From contig NC_043002.1 in NCBI RefSeq assembly GCF_006345805.1, positions 100,750,001 through 100,814,000 on the forward strand: a DNA stretch of 64,000 bases, read 5' to 3'. Below are positions 27,701 to 40,811 of this stretch, in pieces. This stretch comes from Octopus sinensis (taxonomy: Eukaryota). Every line of letters starts with the position of its first letter. Position 1 is the stretch's first letter. The notes beneath the pieces are model-generated. The model was not told the origin of the DNA. It was given only the letters and a program-made list of their open reading frames with translations, and did no database searches. A program made the position numbers and the translations under genes.

Positions 27701-27908
27701 ACAGATGTTGGTTGCATGAAATGATACATACAATATTATGTGTTGTGGTGTGTGTAGGCGGTATATGTGAGGTATATGTGCATTGATGCGTGTGCACGTC
27801 AATGTTTGTGTGCGTGTGTGTGTATGTATGTGTGTGTGTGTATTATGTATGAGTGTGCGTGGGGTTGTGCTATGTGGAGTTTGTGTTATGTGTGCATTTC
27901 TGTGTGCA

Positions 27909-27939
<31 letters not shown>

Positions 27940-28592
27940 CTGTATGCGCGTGTGTCCCTGTCTATGTGCGTGTGTGCATGTGTGTGTATATGCATGTGTG
28001 TGTATGCATGTGCATGTATGTGTACTGTATATATGTGTGGTGTGAGTGGGAGGTTTATCTGCGTTCATGTGTGTGCGTGGGTGCGTGTATTTTTGGTTGT
28101 GTGTGCGTGTATACAGAAATGAAATAAAATAAAATGTAATAAAAGAAATCAATAAAGGGGTGAAAAGTGAAGAAAGGGTGCAGGATGTAAAAAAATGCAA
28201 AAATTAATAGATAAAAGATAAAAAATAAAAAATAAAATAAGAAGAAATTATAGGGATAAAATGGGAATTAATACAATTAAAAAAAATAATGCAAGTAGAA
28301 AGTTAAACAATGCGACGTAAAGAAAACGAGACAAAATCGAGAAATGGGTACCGATGTAAAAAAATAAGTGGGTATAAAAGACAATAAAATGAGATGAAAT
28401 AAAATAAAATAAAATAATGCTTTTTTAAAGGAGTTTGCAGAGACAGTCGTGAAGAGGAGGGGTTGTGTTGTGTCCGAAAGGAATTTGTGTTTGTAGACTG
28501 AAAAATGTAACGCTGTGCCAGTCGGAGTGTGTGGATCCGTGGTGCAGGGCGAGGCGAAAGACGGAGATATTAGAGGTGGAGTGGTGGGCCGT

Positions 28593-28967
28593 GGAGGCAC
28601 AATGGCCCAGTGGTTAGGGCAGCGGACTCGCGGTCATAGGATCGCGGTTTCGATTCCCAGACCGGGCGTTGTGAGTGTTTATTGAGCGAAAACACCTAAA
28701 GCTCCACGAGGCTCCGGCAGGGGATGGTGGTGATCCCTGCTGTACTCTTTCGCCACAACTTTCTCTCACTCTTACTTCCTGTTTCTGTTGTACCTGTATT
28801 TCAAAGGGCCGGCCTTGTCACTCTCTGTGTCACGCTGAATATCCCCGAGAACTACGTTAAGGGTACACGTGTCTGTGGAGTGCTCAGCCACTTACACATT
28901 AATTTCACGAGCAGGCTGCTCTGTTGATTCGGATCAACCGGAACCCTCATCGTCGTAACCGACGGAG
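28593..28967 (+). mobile_element. tRNA-derived SINE (family C), well preserved
   Basis: ggaggcacaaTGGCCCAGTGGttagggcagcggactcgcggtcataggatcgcggtttcgattcc has clear A and B boxes, followed by about 300 bp of non-tRNA body. Confidence 0.8.
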
Positions 28968-28974
28968 AAAAAGG

Positions 28975-29150
28975 AGGGGAGTGGTTGGCCAAGCAGAAAT
29001 GACGGGCGACGAGGGCGCTTGTGCGATGCCGAACATCTCGTAGATGTTCGGTGAACCAATCGGCTAGCTGACAGCCCGTTTGACCAACGTAGAGTTTATT
29101 ACAGAGATTACATCTAAGGCAATAGATAAGGCCTGAAAAAGTAAAGGAGA
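28975..29150 (-). mobile_element. Penelope-like GIY-YIG endonuclease fragment
   Basis: LIYCLRCNLCNKLYVGQTGCQLADWFTEHLRDV....VARHF...NH. Confidence 0.85.
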
Positions 29151-29160
29151 AGGAGTTTCT

Positions 29161-29649
29161 ATATATGCATATGTGGATACAGGATGTCACCAACAGTAAA
29201 CAACATGAAATACGAAAACAAATGAGTTGAATACCCAAATAACGAGAGAAATAAAAGGACGGAATGGAAGTCTCCTATTACTCTCTTCTATCTTTTCTCT
29301 TCTCAAAGAGAATATTTCTCTTAGCGTTCACTATTTCCCCTCCTTGAGGTCTAAACACCCGATATTTTTGTTTTCGTTCGGTTTCCCTCCACTATCCTGT
29401 TTTTTTCCCCTAACTTTGGCCCTCAGTAAATTCCAAAATTATATATTGGTATTTATGGGAGCAACTGTCTTCGGAGTCTCATATTGCCATTGATTGCTCG
29501 AAATGGGGAGTGGATAGACATCCGACAACTGATGAAGAGCATTCTTTGTATTATTTGTCCTTTTTTCACTCGTTATTTGCTTATTTTATTCATTTGTTTT
29601 CGGAATTCATGTTGTTTACTGTTGGTTACGTCCTGTACCCATATATGTA

Positions 29650-29650
<1 letters not shown>
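29161..29650. repeat. About 95-100-bp diverged inverted repeat pair (29161-29260 / 29557-29650)
   Basis: caggatgtcaccaacagtaaacaacatgaa...aaataacgag versus ctcgttattt...ttcatgttgtttactgttggttacgtcctg. Confidence 0.8.
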
Positions 29651-29692
<42 letters not shown>

Positions 29693-29825
29693 TGTTTGTA
29701 ATTTTATTTAATTGAACGCAACGTATCCACTTCCAAGTAAGTATATACATGCTTACATACATACATACATGCATGCATACATGCACACATACATACATAC
29801 ATACACATACATACATACATTATAT

Positions 29826-29866
<41 letters not shown>

Positions 29867-29904
29867 TCTGTAGTTTCAGTTCAGAGCTGCGGCCAAGCTG
29901 ATGT

Positions 29905-31392
29905 TTTGCTACACTGTTATTACTGTAGAGCCTCCTCTAATATGTGGCACATGGTGAAGAATGGAGTTTGATATAGCTAACCTCTTTTGCACCTCTTGCC
30001 GTGATGTAGGTTCATCTGTGATTCTCGACAGGAAGAGGTCCAGATTTGATTTAAAAACGCCTTCATTTACTTTGTGCAGGTTCATTAGCCTCTTTGGGAG
30101 AATATTAAAAAGTTGTGGGCCCTTGAAACCCAGGCTGTTGCTGTAACTGCTCCTGAACCGCGATGGCGTTGGTGGGATCTTTGGCACTAAGCAGTGTCGT
30201 TCCGTTCTGGCATTGGTGTAGCTTTCAGTGCCAAAATTTGGCTCAATCACTTCCAGGATCTTCCAGATGTATATTACTGCATACCTCTCCCGCCTTCTCT
30301 CCAGGGAATAGAGTCTTAGCTGGTAGCGCAGGACTTGGAATTTTCCAGTTCTAAACTGCATAATATTATCATCAGACCATCTGTAACTTGGGTCCAACTC
30401 TTACTGCAGATGTGCAACATCGCTGGGGTTCTGTATTTTTTGCGAGACTTTCGTATCGTCTGCGTAACTTGCAGTGGTGGCTATCTGGGTTCTTCAGGTC
30501 ATATCTGAGAGGACCACTCTAAAGACAGTCCCAAGACAGTGCCTTGTGGAACACCGTTCACTGTTCGTGTTTTCATTGAAGTGGCTCCGTTAGCCACTAC
30601 TACCTGACTTCTATCTTTCAGAAAGTCATGTGACCACTCTCCAAGTTCTCCAGCTATGTCGAGATCACGCCGTTTGTGGCATATCATACCATGATCCACC
30701 TTGTCAAAAGCTTTTGCAAAATCAAGGTATATTACGTCCATATTTGAGTTGTTGAGTAACTACCTCAACACCCAGTCATAATGTTGTAAGAGCTGGGTCA
30801 GGCAGCTCCTACCTGGTCGAAAGCCATGGTGGGTATATCTCAGTTATTTTCTTCAAGGAATGCAATTAATTTCCCTCTGACTATCCGTTCCATGACTTTG
30901 CTGATGTGTGAAGTCAAAGAGATAGGCCTATAGTTTTTGGCATCTGATCAGCTTCCCCCTTTATGGATTGGGCATATTATTCCCTCCTTCAGCTTGCTTA
31001 GCTGTCTGCCATTTGCAAGAAATCTCTGGAAGAGAATCTGGTGGGGTTTTGCCAGCGCATGCTTATACGATTTGAGCAGGATTGATGGGAATCCACCAGG
31101 ACCAGCAGTTGAGATTGTGTCCACTTCCACTATGGCTAGTGGTTTATCTTCTTCGCTAATGTCAATGTATTCCATCGTAATTGCCTCGCTGGTTGTATGT
31201 GAAGCGGCAAAGAAGTCCCTGGTTCGTTCACTTGTCTGTGTTCCAACGGGGAAGTAAAGACACTTTTGAACTGATCATTCAGTACCTCACTGATCCTAGT
31301 TGGACTGTCTGTGAGGGAGCCATTCTTTTGGAAGAGGAGTCCTATCTTTACGCGTACTGAGGCTGTTTCTTTCGCGTAAAGAAAGAAGGCCT
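29905..31392 (-). mobile_element. CR1/L2-like LINE, RT and 3' end (degenerate), same family as 2040-3850
   Basis: ORFs 30948-31175 (TAGPGGFPSILLK), 30499-30741 (DVIYLDFAKAFDKVDHG...GVPQGTVLG) and 29909-30397 (SLERRRERY). Confidence 0.9.
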
Positions 31393-31479
31393 ATGTTATG
31401 TTTAAGTTTGAAAACATAAATTATTAGCAATATGTTATAGATACGCAAGAAAGCAAATTTTGCGTATGTTGAAAAAGTC

Positions 31480-32790
31480 GTGGGTATTCTACTGCCTTTT
31501 TCCTTACTTCAACTGGATCCTTTTTAACGTTAAATAGCGACTTTAAGATGTAATATTCTGAGAGCTCGATTAATTTCACCTGCATCTCTTTGTGAGTATT
31601 GCAAGCATCAACTCAATATGGTTGAATATCTGTGTAATATCATCTTCCGCTAAGTCAGTGAACTTTTCACAGTATTCTTCACTTAATTAATCCAGAACAC
31701 CTGCATGTTCATCAACGGTTTCAAACGGATCTTCGTGGTCATAAATAGCCTTAGCTAAAAGAGGAAAGTGTACAGTTAAAATTTCATTTTAAAGGAAAAA
31801 ATCTTTCAAAAAAGAAAGCTTTTTTCGGAAATGCTTGAACTTTTGCCACGTCATAAATTTTGTTTTACCCTACAAACAAATATTCAAGTCATTTTGCTTT
31901 GGCATGATATATCAAAGAAATACAGTATTTGTATAGAAATATTCATCTAATAATTCACATTGTTTATTCTGTTCCTAATAAATTTTATTATCTGCCCCCA
32001 TAAAGTTAAAAAGTTTTCTAATACCCGTCCTTGCAAGTCAACACACTAGAGAGATACATCAAATGCACACCGAATACTTCATTGTCCAACCGCAGCACGT
32101 TATGTAAATAACGTTGCATTGTTGCATTGGTACGAATATAGTTAAGAATATAGTTAAAAAAGTAGATTTTGCTGATGATATATACGAGGAAAATTTATGA
32201 GAACATCTGGATCTAATACAACTTATCTAAGCAATAAATCTTTTACGTTTTCCAGTCATGGAAGGAGTACCATCTGCACATACGTAAGAGTGAATTTGTT
32301 CTGTTACATTGGGGGATAACTTATACTGCTGTTCAGTTATGGTTCTCTTCGAAAGAGGTAATTATTTATAGTTTGAAATCTTATCGGAGTTTGAGCATGC
32401 TTTGACTTCAGTAATACACTGTTTCACAATTCCCACATCCCTGAAAGGCTTACCTTTTTTCCTCAGTATAATAGCAACTGTGCAAGTTGCTTCTGTGACA
32501 TAATTTTCAGATCTCGGCACAGACTGAAATAGCTGTATTTGCTTTTGTTTTCCATTCTTTAAATGTTTGCAGACCAAAATTTCGTGTCTCTTCCTCTAAA
32601 TTGAAATATTTATTATCTTTATGAGTCGTATAGAGTTGATGAGCATTAAGTGTTAATGTCGTTATCGCAGTATCACAAAGAAAACAAACCTTCTTAACTT
32701 TCCAAGGTACAAATTAATACTGCAGTCCCTAATCTTCATTAAAGACCCTGTTTTCTTCCTGCATTGTGGTATTGGTCTTTTTTTTTTACA
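31480..32790 (-). mobile_element. hAT transposase fragment (SPIN/Buster/GTF2IRD2-like)
   Basis: N-terminal EENRVF..CFLCD zinc-finger-like region, VAIILRKKGKPFRDVGIVKQCI, and ADGTPSMTGKRK. Many stops. Confidence 0.7.
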
Positions 32791-33224
32791 TAAAAGTTTC
32801 CTTAGAATTTAAGAAATATGAATCTGCGATGATGCTGTGTAAGTATTGTCCCTTTTAATAGAGAGTCACAATACATCACTGTCACAAGTGGACGAAACAC
32901 TTTCATTCTGGAAAAGCCTTCACCGTTGCAATCTAGCTTGGTTGCCAGATAGTGCTATTAGCATTATTAAATTTCTCATTTTGTTCTTGATATCATTATT
33001 TACTTTGCTGTCTTAAACAACGAAAACCAAGACTCCATATCAAATATTCTTTTAGGACTACTACCACCTACTATCTATTGCCTACTACTAAGACTTCACC
33101 AGAGTAAAAAAAAAAAAAAAAGAGAGAGAGAGAGAGAGGTAAAATGACAATTATAAAGAAAGAATGCAAAAGAAATATGGAAACTGATTTTATTAAGTGA
33201 ATTATTTTCTACTCGAAGAACAAA

Positions 33225-33600
33225 ACCGGAAATCTTGGGGGAAGGTGCCAGTTGATAAGATCGATCCCAATACGCAACCGGTACTTAATTTATCGACGCC
33301 GAAAGGATGAAAGGCAAATTTGACCTCGGCGGAATTTTGAACTCAGAACGTAAAGACAAATGAATACCTATTTCTTTATTACCCACAAGGGGCTAAACAT
33401 AGAGGGGCCAAACAAGGACAGACATAGGTATTAAGTCGATTACATCGACTCCAGTGCGTAAATTGTACTTAATTTATCGACCCCGAAAGGATGAAAGGCA
33501 AAGTCGACCTCGGCGGAATTTTGAACTCAGAACATAAAGACAGACGAAATACCGTTAAGCTTGTCGCCTGGCGTGCTAACGATTTTGCCAGGTCGCCGCC
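33225..33600 (-). mobile_element. SINE family B tandem (full + 5'-truncated unit)
   Basis: Two central domains with junction aatacc|tatttcttt at 33368/33369. Confidence 0.85.
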
Positions 33601-33779
33601 TTGGATTATATTAACTGAATTACCTTAAAGATGGAACGATATGTGCGCGGGGAAGACGATAGAGCGGGAAGGAGAATTCCATTTCATTAAAACTTGAGGA
33701 AGAACAATTTCTAGCATTTTCTCTCTCACTTCACTTCATTTAATATTTTTGGATACACGTTCACCACTTTTTTTAATTT

Positions 33780-35225
33780 GCAGGTCTTTGCATTAGAAAC
33801 ATATCAAGATAAGCCTGCTTTTTCCTGCCTTCCAAAATGTTACGAAAATGCGCCAGAGCAGAGTCATTAAATTAAACAGCTGTACGATCTGTAGCTACTT
33901 TTACAGGATGATATTTATCTACAAATTCAGAAACATACTGCGACTTTGCAAACACTGCATGTATGTCACTCGGTATTCTTCGCTACATTCCCCTCAGTAT
34001 TTTCCGCTTCACTGTTCTCCTTTGAGGAACCTATCTCTGTCACCGCATCCAAATGCTCCTGCTCCTGAAGCTGTAGGAGTTCATCTGTCGTCAGCTTCTC
34101 TGAGTCAGCACCTCGATGAGATCGTTAATGTCCCCCATTAACCGAAAGGCCCATGGACTTCCTATGAGAAACTATCTCCTCAACTACAGGTATCTGAGAC
34201 TCAAACTCTTCGAAGACGTTTTCAGATACGCAGTTAGACCACAGTTTACTCCATGCAGAATCCAGTGTTCTCGTTACACCATGCCAGGCTATATTGATGA
34301 TTTTCAGGCAGTATACAATGCTGCAGTGCTCATTTCAAAACTCACGAAGGGTTAGATTTGTATTTCCGGTGAATCCAAAGGACCGAGGAAACAGGTGTTT
34401 GGTATTCAACTTTTTAAAATTAAAAATCACCTGTTGGCCTCTGGGCTGCAAGATAGGGGTAGTGTTGAGTGAAAGGTACGGAAAATAAATTTAAGAAGAA
34501 TTGCCTGGTTACCCAGGGTTTAACGTTTGTCCTCCACATGACCTGCAGCTTCTCCTTCGGGATTTTGTGCGACTTGAACGCGCAGGGGTTTCGGAACGGT
34601 AAACAAGGAGTATCTTAATCTTCATGTCTCCACTCACATTGGCACGAAGGACGATATTTAGCCTGGAATTTTTTCTCGTCTAAAGATATGTATGTTCTGG
34701 GCATTTCTTTCCAAAAAAGGTCAGTTTCACCACAGTTGACTACCAGTTGTGTACCCCTCGGCTGCGATGAGCTGACGGAACTCACGCACGAAATCTTCAG
34801 CTGCTTTCGTGTCAGAACTCGCTGCCTCTGTATACTTGACGACGCTATGAACACCAGTCCTCTTCTTTAAATTATGACAGCAGCCGTGACTGGTCTCATA
34901 TGCGTCTGCTAATGTCTCCTCTGTTGATGTTCCAGGGTTCTTATTCAGGAGATTTCCATACAGCGCCCGTGCTTTCCCGCAGATGATGGTCTATGTAATC
35001 GTATCCTCTGCGAGTTGCTTCAGGAGATGCAATTTTCCCGTCCTTTCGTGGACAGAAGTGAGTTACTTAGAGAGCCTGGAGACAGACACCCTTTACTACT
35101 GTAACAGCCTTCATCTTGTCGTTTTTCTTCAAGATGGAGCAAAACGTCGATATGCTTCGGTCGAATTCCCGTGCTATCTCCACTGCAAGCACTCTTCTCA
35201 TATTTATCTATGATTTCGTTCTACC
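33780..35225 (-). mobile_element. pogo/Tigger transposase pseudogene
   Basis: EIIDKYEK..EIAREF, HSVVKYTEAASSDTKAAEDF, VVNCGETDLFWKEMPRTYI, and C-terminal EFVDKYHP..FNDSALAHFRNIL. Confidence 0.88.
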
Positions 35226-35234
35226 AGGCTTAGT

Positions 35235-35810
35235 AAAAAGTAAGCAACGTTTTGAAACATGAAATTCATCACAATATATCTATACAATTCGGAAATTTTA
35301 GTCACCAAAGTAAGGACCATTACAATCAACATAATTTTGCCAACGAGTTCCAAGTTTGTTCATTCTGGTAACATAAAAAGCTGGAGTTTCGGAGCTGATG
35401 AACTCTTTGAATTCACTTTCAGCATTGGTTTGATTTTTGAACTCCTTCTCTCGCAGGAAACCATCGGTAGAAGAAAACTCTGTGGAATAACCTGCGCGGG
35501 GAAGAACTTCTTAGCTAAATTCCCTCGACATCTGGTGCGTCATTAGTGAAACATGTCGTCGGGCCTTGTCATAAAAAATGATTGGCCTTCTTCTGTTGAC
35601 CGGTCTAGAATGGAGGAGTGGCAGTTTTTCGTTTATTTTGGCAATTTCATGGCAATATGATTCTTCAGTAATGTATTTTTCCGTGTTTTAAGAAGTTATA
35701 GTGGATGAGTCAAGCAGTGCACCACCAAATAGTCAACATAACTTTCTTTTTGAAGAGCTCGGGCGTAGGGAAGGCTTTCGGTGTTTCAATTTGGTCCAGC
35801 AAGTGTTAAA
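35235..35810 (-). mobile_element. Mariner transposase 3' fragment
   Basis: KKVMLTIWW..IHYNFL..TITEESYC, DKARRHVS, EFKEFISSETPAFY, and KLGTRWQNYVDCNGPYF. Confidence 0.85.
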
Positions 35811-35839
35811 ACGTATAGTTTTTCAAGCACTTCATGCTT

Positions 35840-36960
35840 TTTTAGTATTAGCGAAGGAAGAAGGAGTTTAGCGAAGCGGGGGCGTGTGTGAGTGCGTTGC
35901 AAGTTTTTGTGTCGGTCCGTGCTTGTATTACGCGACTTGAAATATCAGTTGGAAAGATTAATTATTGTCTTGAGCAATTGTTGATCCACGGATGAATAAT
36001 TAAAGGACAGCTGTAAAGCACAGAGGAAATGATGGTATGTGTGCGAGGTGTGCATTCTAGAACAGGTATGGGGTTTTATGTGGGTTTACGGTAGAGAATA
36101 AGTGCAATTTATTACGTGTGTGTCTATGCGAATGGGTGTACGTGAAACAGAGAGCCGGTATGTCTGGGTAGATACATCATATCATTAGAGTGTAAGACAT
36201 TATGTATGTGTGGACGTGTTGGTGTATGTAGAGGCGGTAGTCAGGTGGAGAACAGGTTGTATGCGTATGCATGTGTGTAAGCGATAGCTGTGAGGATGTG
36301 CTGGGCAGTGGCGTCTGTGTGTTTGGGTATTGGATGTAAGTGATAGTATGGTGATGAGATAAAGTTGGTCGGTGGAGCATCGGTCTGAGTGGGGTACGAT
36401 GGATGGTATACTGAAAACAAGGGGCAGTTGAAGAAAAAGAAAGGCTGAAGATTGACTTGGTGGCATTGAAGAATACCGGTAAGGGTCACATGAATGATCG
36501 GCAGAGCGAAAGTAAATGTTGCGTGTTAATCAAATTTTTGTTGTTACGGTTTCTAACAAGCATAAAGATCACAGTATATATAGGAAAAACAAAACAAAAA
36601 GAAACTGAAGAATTGGCTCTGAAACTAGTTTATTACATTAGTTACTTAAATGAGTTTATTCCTCATCAATTTATTGTAAACTGGTTTGGCGTTGGTTTCG
36701 GTTTTCAACTGGTCAGTCTCTCTAGCTATAAAAGTGAAGATATACAAAACTTTTACTTATATACAAGAACAAATATTTCCAAATATAATTGTCAAGAGAT
36801 GTTAATTATAAAGTAAAGATTTTAATAGAATATAAATAAAACCTTTGCAACTTTACAGTCATTCAACAATACAATTACAATGTGCTGTTTCGATTGCCCA
36901 GGGAGGTATGAGACAGAGTAATCGCGCTGACAAAGCAAAATGTATTTATTTATTTTTCCG
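35840..36960 (-). repeat. About 1-kb dispersed non-coding repeat X (copies 54400-54950 +, 58715-59830 +), probably a Helitron 3' region
   Basis: Co-linear reverse-complement similarity to 58715-59830 (for example tttatctcatcaccaaactatcacttacat) and to 54400-54950. Confidence 0.7.
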
Positions 36961-36989
36961 GTTTAATATATAGACAAATAGAAACGCAT

Positions 36990-38405
36990 AAACAAATATG
37001 GATCCTTATGTAGAGACACCCATTTTGATTAAGATGTACTGGGTAAAAATCTTCCAAAAGCACTATTCAATCTGATCGGGATGAGTTTTAACAGGTGCAC
37101 CACTTTTGCGCGTCTTCTCTTGCTAATTATGTGTATTAAGATGGTAGTCTGTAACAATAAATTTTCATTGCAAATGGATCGTCGTCGTGGCAAAGTTTGA
37201 AATAAGCTGTTAGAGTAGTTTCTTTAGGAACCAATGACTGTTGAGCGGCGATTGCAGCTGTGATATAGACACGTTGCTCATTTTTCAGACAAACAGCCGA
37301 CTGTTGAATGTTTGCTCTTCAAAGGCAGCATGTTTATGATAAAGTCTGTATATATGAATATGGTAGAAACCTTCAGCATCAATAAAGCATTTTGGAGAAT
37401 ATTCAGATTTCCAATATATGAACAATAACGGTCCTGTAATGGAAGTGCAAGTATTCTCCAAAATGCTTCCTTTCTGCTGATGCATCTACCTTGCTTTCAT
37501 ATATTCTGACTTCATCTTGAACATCCTGTCTCTGTAGAGCAAACATTGCAGTATCGGATCCTTTGTTGACATATTTGCAAACATATTTTATGGATTTCAC
37601 CCGAGTTGTAAAATTCAAAATTGATATGAACATTAGATATTTTGAGTAACAATGGGTTATATGGAACAGTCCACCTATTGCCAATTTGAAATTGTCCAAC
37701 TTTTGTTTGAGAATCTAATTCTCAAGGATTCCTTCTTTTTTAAGTTACATATCTATCGTTGAGTGTCTTTCAAACATGATAGCCTTTCAAAGAACTTCGT
37801 TGATATTTCTCTGTGGTATCTATTGTCGTGCATACAGGGTCAATTATTGTTAAGAGCTCCACATGGGCCATGTACCATTTGAATCTTAACTATTTCATAC
37901 AATGCTTTGTCTTTAGATGGATTGGGTAGATTTGCAGATATTATTCTGTCAATTTGGTCAGAATGAATTTTTTCATGAAGCCAAATAAGAATGAATGCAT
38001 GAGGTTACTGCCATTCAGTTGTGTGCGTATGACAACTGATCGGTCCAAAGATATTTCCCTTTGTCATGACATCCATCACTTTCAACACTTTCTGTCTGGA
38101 AGACCTATGAGTGAGGTGGTATATATTTACATGTGTTTGACCTGGAAGCAATCCATTTTGAATCTCTTTCCACTTCGGAATACATTTCAGAGTTATGAAT
38201 AGGTCTGATCTACCAACGTTCCTAATATATGTCATGGCACATATCTGGGTCTACCAATAAACATGAGTGGAAGGATGGACAATTTCTCAATGTCTTCATC
38301 AGCAATTTTGTTATCGATGTCATCACGTAAATTAATGTATGACTCAGATCTTAATTCTTTCCGGTAGGGTTTTATGAATACTAACCATTCCGCTTGTTGT
38401 CTTCT
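36990..38405 (-). mobile_element. Helitron Rep domain fragment
   Basis: AMTYIRNVGRSDLFITLKCIPKWKEI..LLPGQ (motif 1), HTTEWQ (motif 2), VKSIKYVCKYVNKGSD (motif 3), and QRVY..TTLTAY. Confidence 0.9.
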
Positions 38406-38519
38406 TTTTTAAAAAAGCAATGTGGTTGATGGCAGCCAACCTCAATCCAAATCCAATCCAGTCAAAATGAATGGGAGATCATCCACGATTTAAAAAACAA
38501 TAATGATGTCATAATGAAG

Positions 38520-39720
38520 GGAGGGATTAAGGGAAGTACTGCTTTCATTGTGAATAATAAATACTAAAACAATTCTGTCTCTCACCTCTTAGAAGATACT
38601 ACTGACCATGAAAGTGTAGACAATAACCAGCAAAATCAACGATCAAATTAAACGCACCCGTTTTCTAAAATCAAAAAGTAAGGAAAATGAATGTTCCCAT
38701 TTATCACATGTTAAATGCAAAACCAGCAACCTCTGCGGACATCCGAAAATCCACAAGAGCAAAATGATTAACAAAGCTTGCAAAAGTGCACCTCCACCTA
38801 CGTCAATGCCCCACATCCCACTGACTTCAAACTGAGACCAATTGTGGCGGACCAAAATTGTGAAGCACACAGTTTAAGCAATTTTATAGACATACTGCTA
38901 AAACTAATTGTCAAACACATACTAAGTATTATATGAGATGACCAGGATTTTCTAAACCACCTCCCCAAACAGGCCAGCAGGGACATTTTCATCTTCTCTT
39001 TTGATGCGATAAAACTCTACGCTACTATTCCACACTAATACGGACAGGAAGCAATACAATACTGTCTGGGAAAATATTCCAGTATGATTCCGGGAAGAAT
39101 AGAAAAAGATCTTATCCTCGAGGGACCTAAGCTCATTTTGCAAAAGAACTTTTTTAACTTTAACGATAAAACCTATAAATAGATATCAGGGACTCTGATG
39201 AGTATAAAAGTTGCTCCAAATTACGCTAATATAGTTATGGCTTACCTAGAAGTTGAAAATATATGAACAGTCAAAATTAAAATACGGCCTGGATTTCTAC
39301 AAGTGTTGGAAAATTGGAAGCGCTACTTGCATGACTGCCCCATTCTATGGTCTCACACATTCGACCAACTCAATGAAATCAAAGACCTAATAAACAGCTT
39401 CAATAATTATATACAATTCACAATGGAATATAGTCAAGACAAACTGCCATTTCTAGATAACTTAATCATAAAAATGACAAAAACGTTGAAGCTGATGTCC
39501 TCTACAAACCGACTGATTCTAAGCAATATTTTCTGTTTACCTCCAACCACATGAAGATAATCATTCCTTTTGATCTAGTGAGAAGAATTTGTACAGTTGT
39601 CTCAAATTATGACGCGCGCGAGAAAAGACTCCAAGAATTAAATGGAATTCTAATGGAAAGATAGTACCCATCATCATTAATTTTTAATGGAATAGGACGG
39701 GCTAAGGGCAATCGACAACC
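38520..39720 (+). mobile_element. Penelope-like element reverse transcriptase (degenerate)
   Basis: GHPKIHKS, KLRPIVA, SFDAIKLYATIPH, SGTLMSIKVAPNYAN, WKRYLHD, LPFLD, YKPTDSKQY, and IPFDLVRRICTVVS. Confidence 0.88.
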
Positions 39721-40154
39721 AAAATATATACCACAGTTAAACCTACTCTTATATCTTAAAAAATATATGGACTATCGAACGGTGTCGGAACAACTCGGTT
39801 ATAGTCTAATTCCTATACGCACGCACACCACCCACACGCATTCACAAACACAATACCTCACCTCCCAGGAACGCACATCCATACGCAAGAAAATTTAACA
39901 GTAACAACAATGACTCACAGACTCAGACATATACACACATGCACAGGCACATACACGTAACACTTACACATGGACAATCACCGCCCTGACAAATATAACA
40001 CACACACGTGTACATACGGACACACACACGGCCCTGACAAATTATAGCACACATGCGAACAAACACACACATACACGCACACATGCACACCACCCTGACA
40101 ATCATAATACACATACACAAGCATATATTCGTGCGGTAGCCACCCAACTTTAAT

Positions 40155-40228
<74 letters not shown>

Positions 40229-40457
40229 ATATATATACATATATGCTTATACATATATACGGATATATATGTATGTATGTATATATACATACATATATAG
40301 CGAGAAAGAAAAGATAGTCTAAGACTATATAAAATACATTCAAAATATAAGGAATGGCCATAATAGGACATTCGACACACTAGAAAGAGCAGCCAAACTC
40401 AAACCGCTAATAATTATAATTCTGAAATTGAAAGAGAAATAAAAACATTTACTCCTT

Positions 40458-40557
40458 TCATCTCTGGACTATGCATGGTTTCGGCCAACTTTGGTAAACA
40501 AATTAATTAAATTAAATTAAATTTATTTACAACTGGCGTGCCTCTTCAGCAGAGTGA
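40458..40557 (-). ncRNA. Type I hammerhead ribozyme motif with canonical GUC site
   Basis: Minus strand: TCACTCTG-CTGAAGA-GGC(long AT-rich loop)GCC-GAAA-C(cATGCATa)G-TC/CAGAG(a)TGA. It is flanked by a 43-bp inverted repeat (40334-40376 / 40558-40601) and (TA)n. Confidence 0.72.
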
Positions 40558-40638
40558 GTCGGATGTCCTATTATGGTCATTCCTTATATTTTTGAATATA
40601 TATATATATATGAATATATCTATATGTACACATACAGA

Positions 40639-40741
<103 letters not shown>

Positions 40742-40774
40742 TATATATATGCATATGTATGTGTATGTGGTGTA

Positions 40775-40811
<37 letters not shown>

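Noticed and set aside
29490-29545. Possible permuted (type II) hammerhead GCTC-GAAA...CTGATGAA-GAGC
   Set aside because: No helix III or NUH site can be formed between the two halves.
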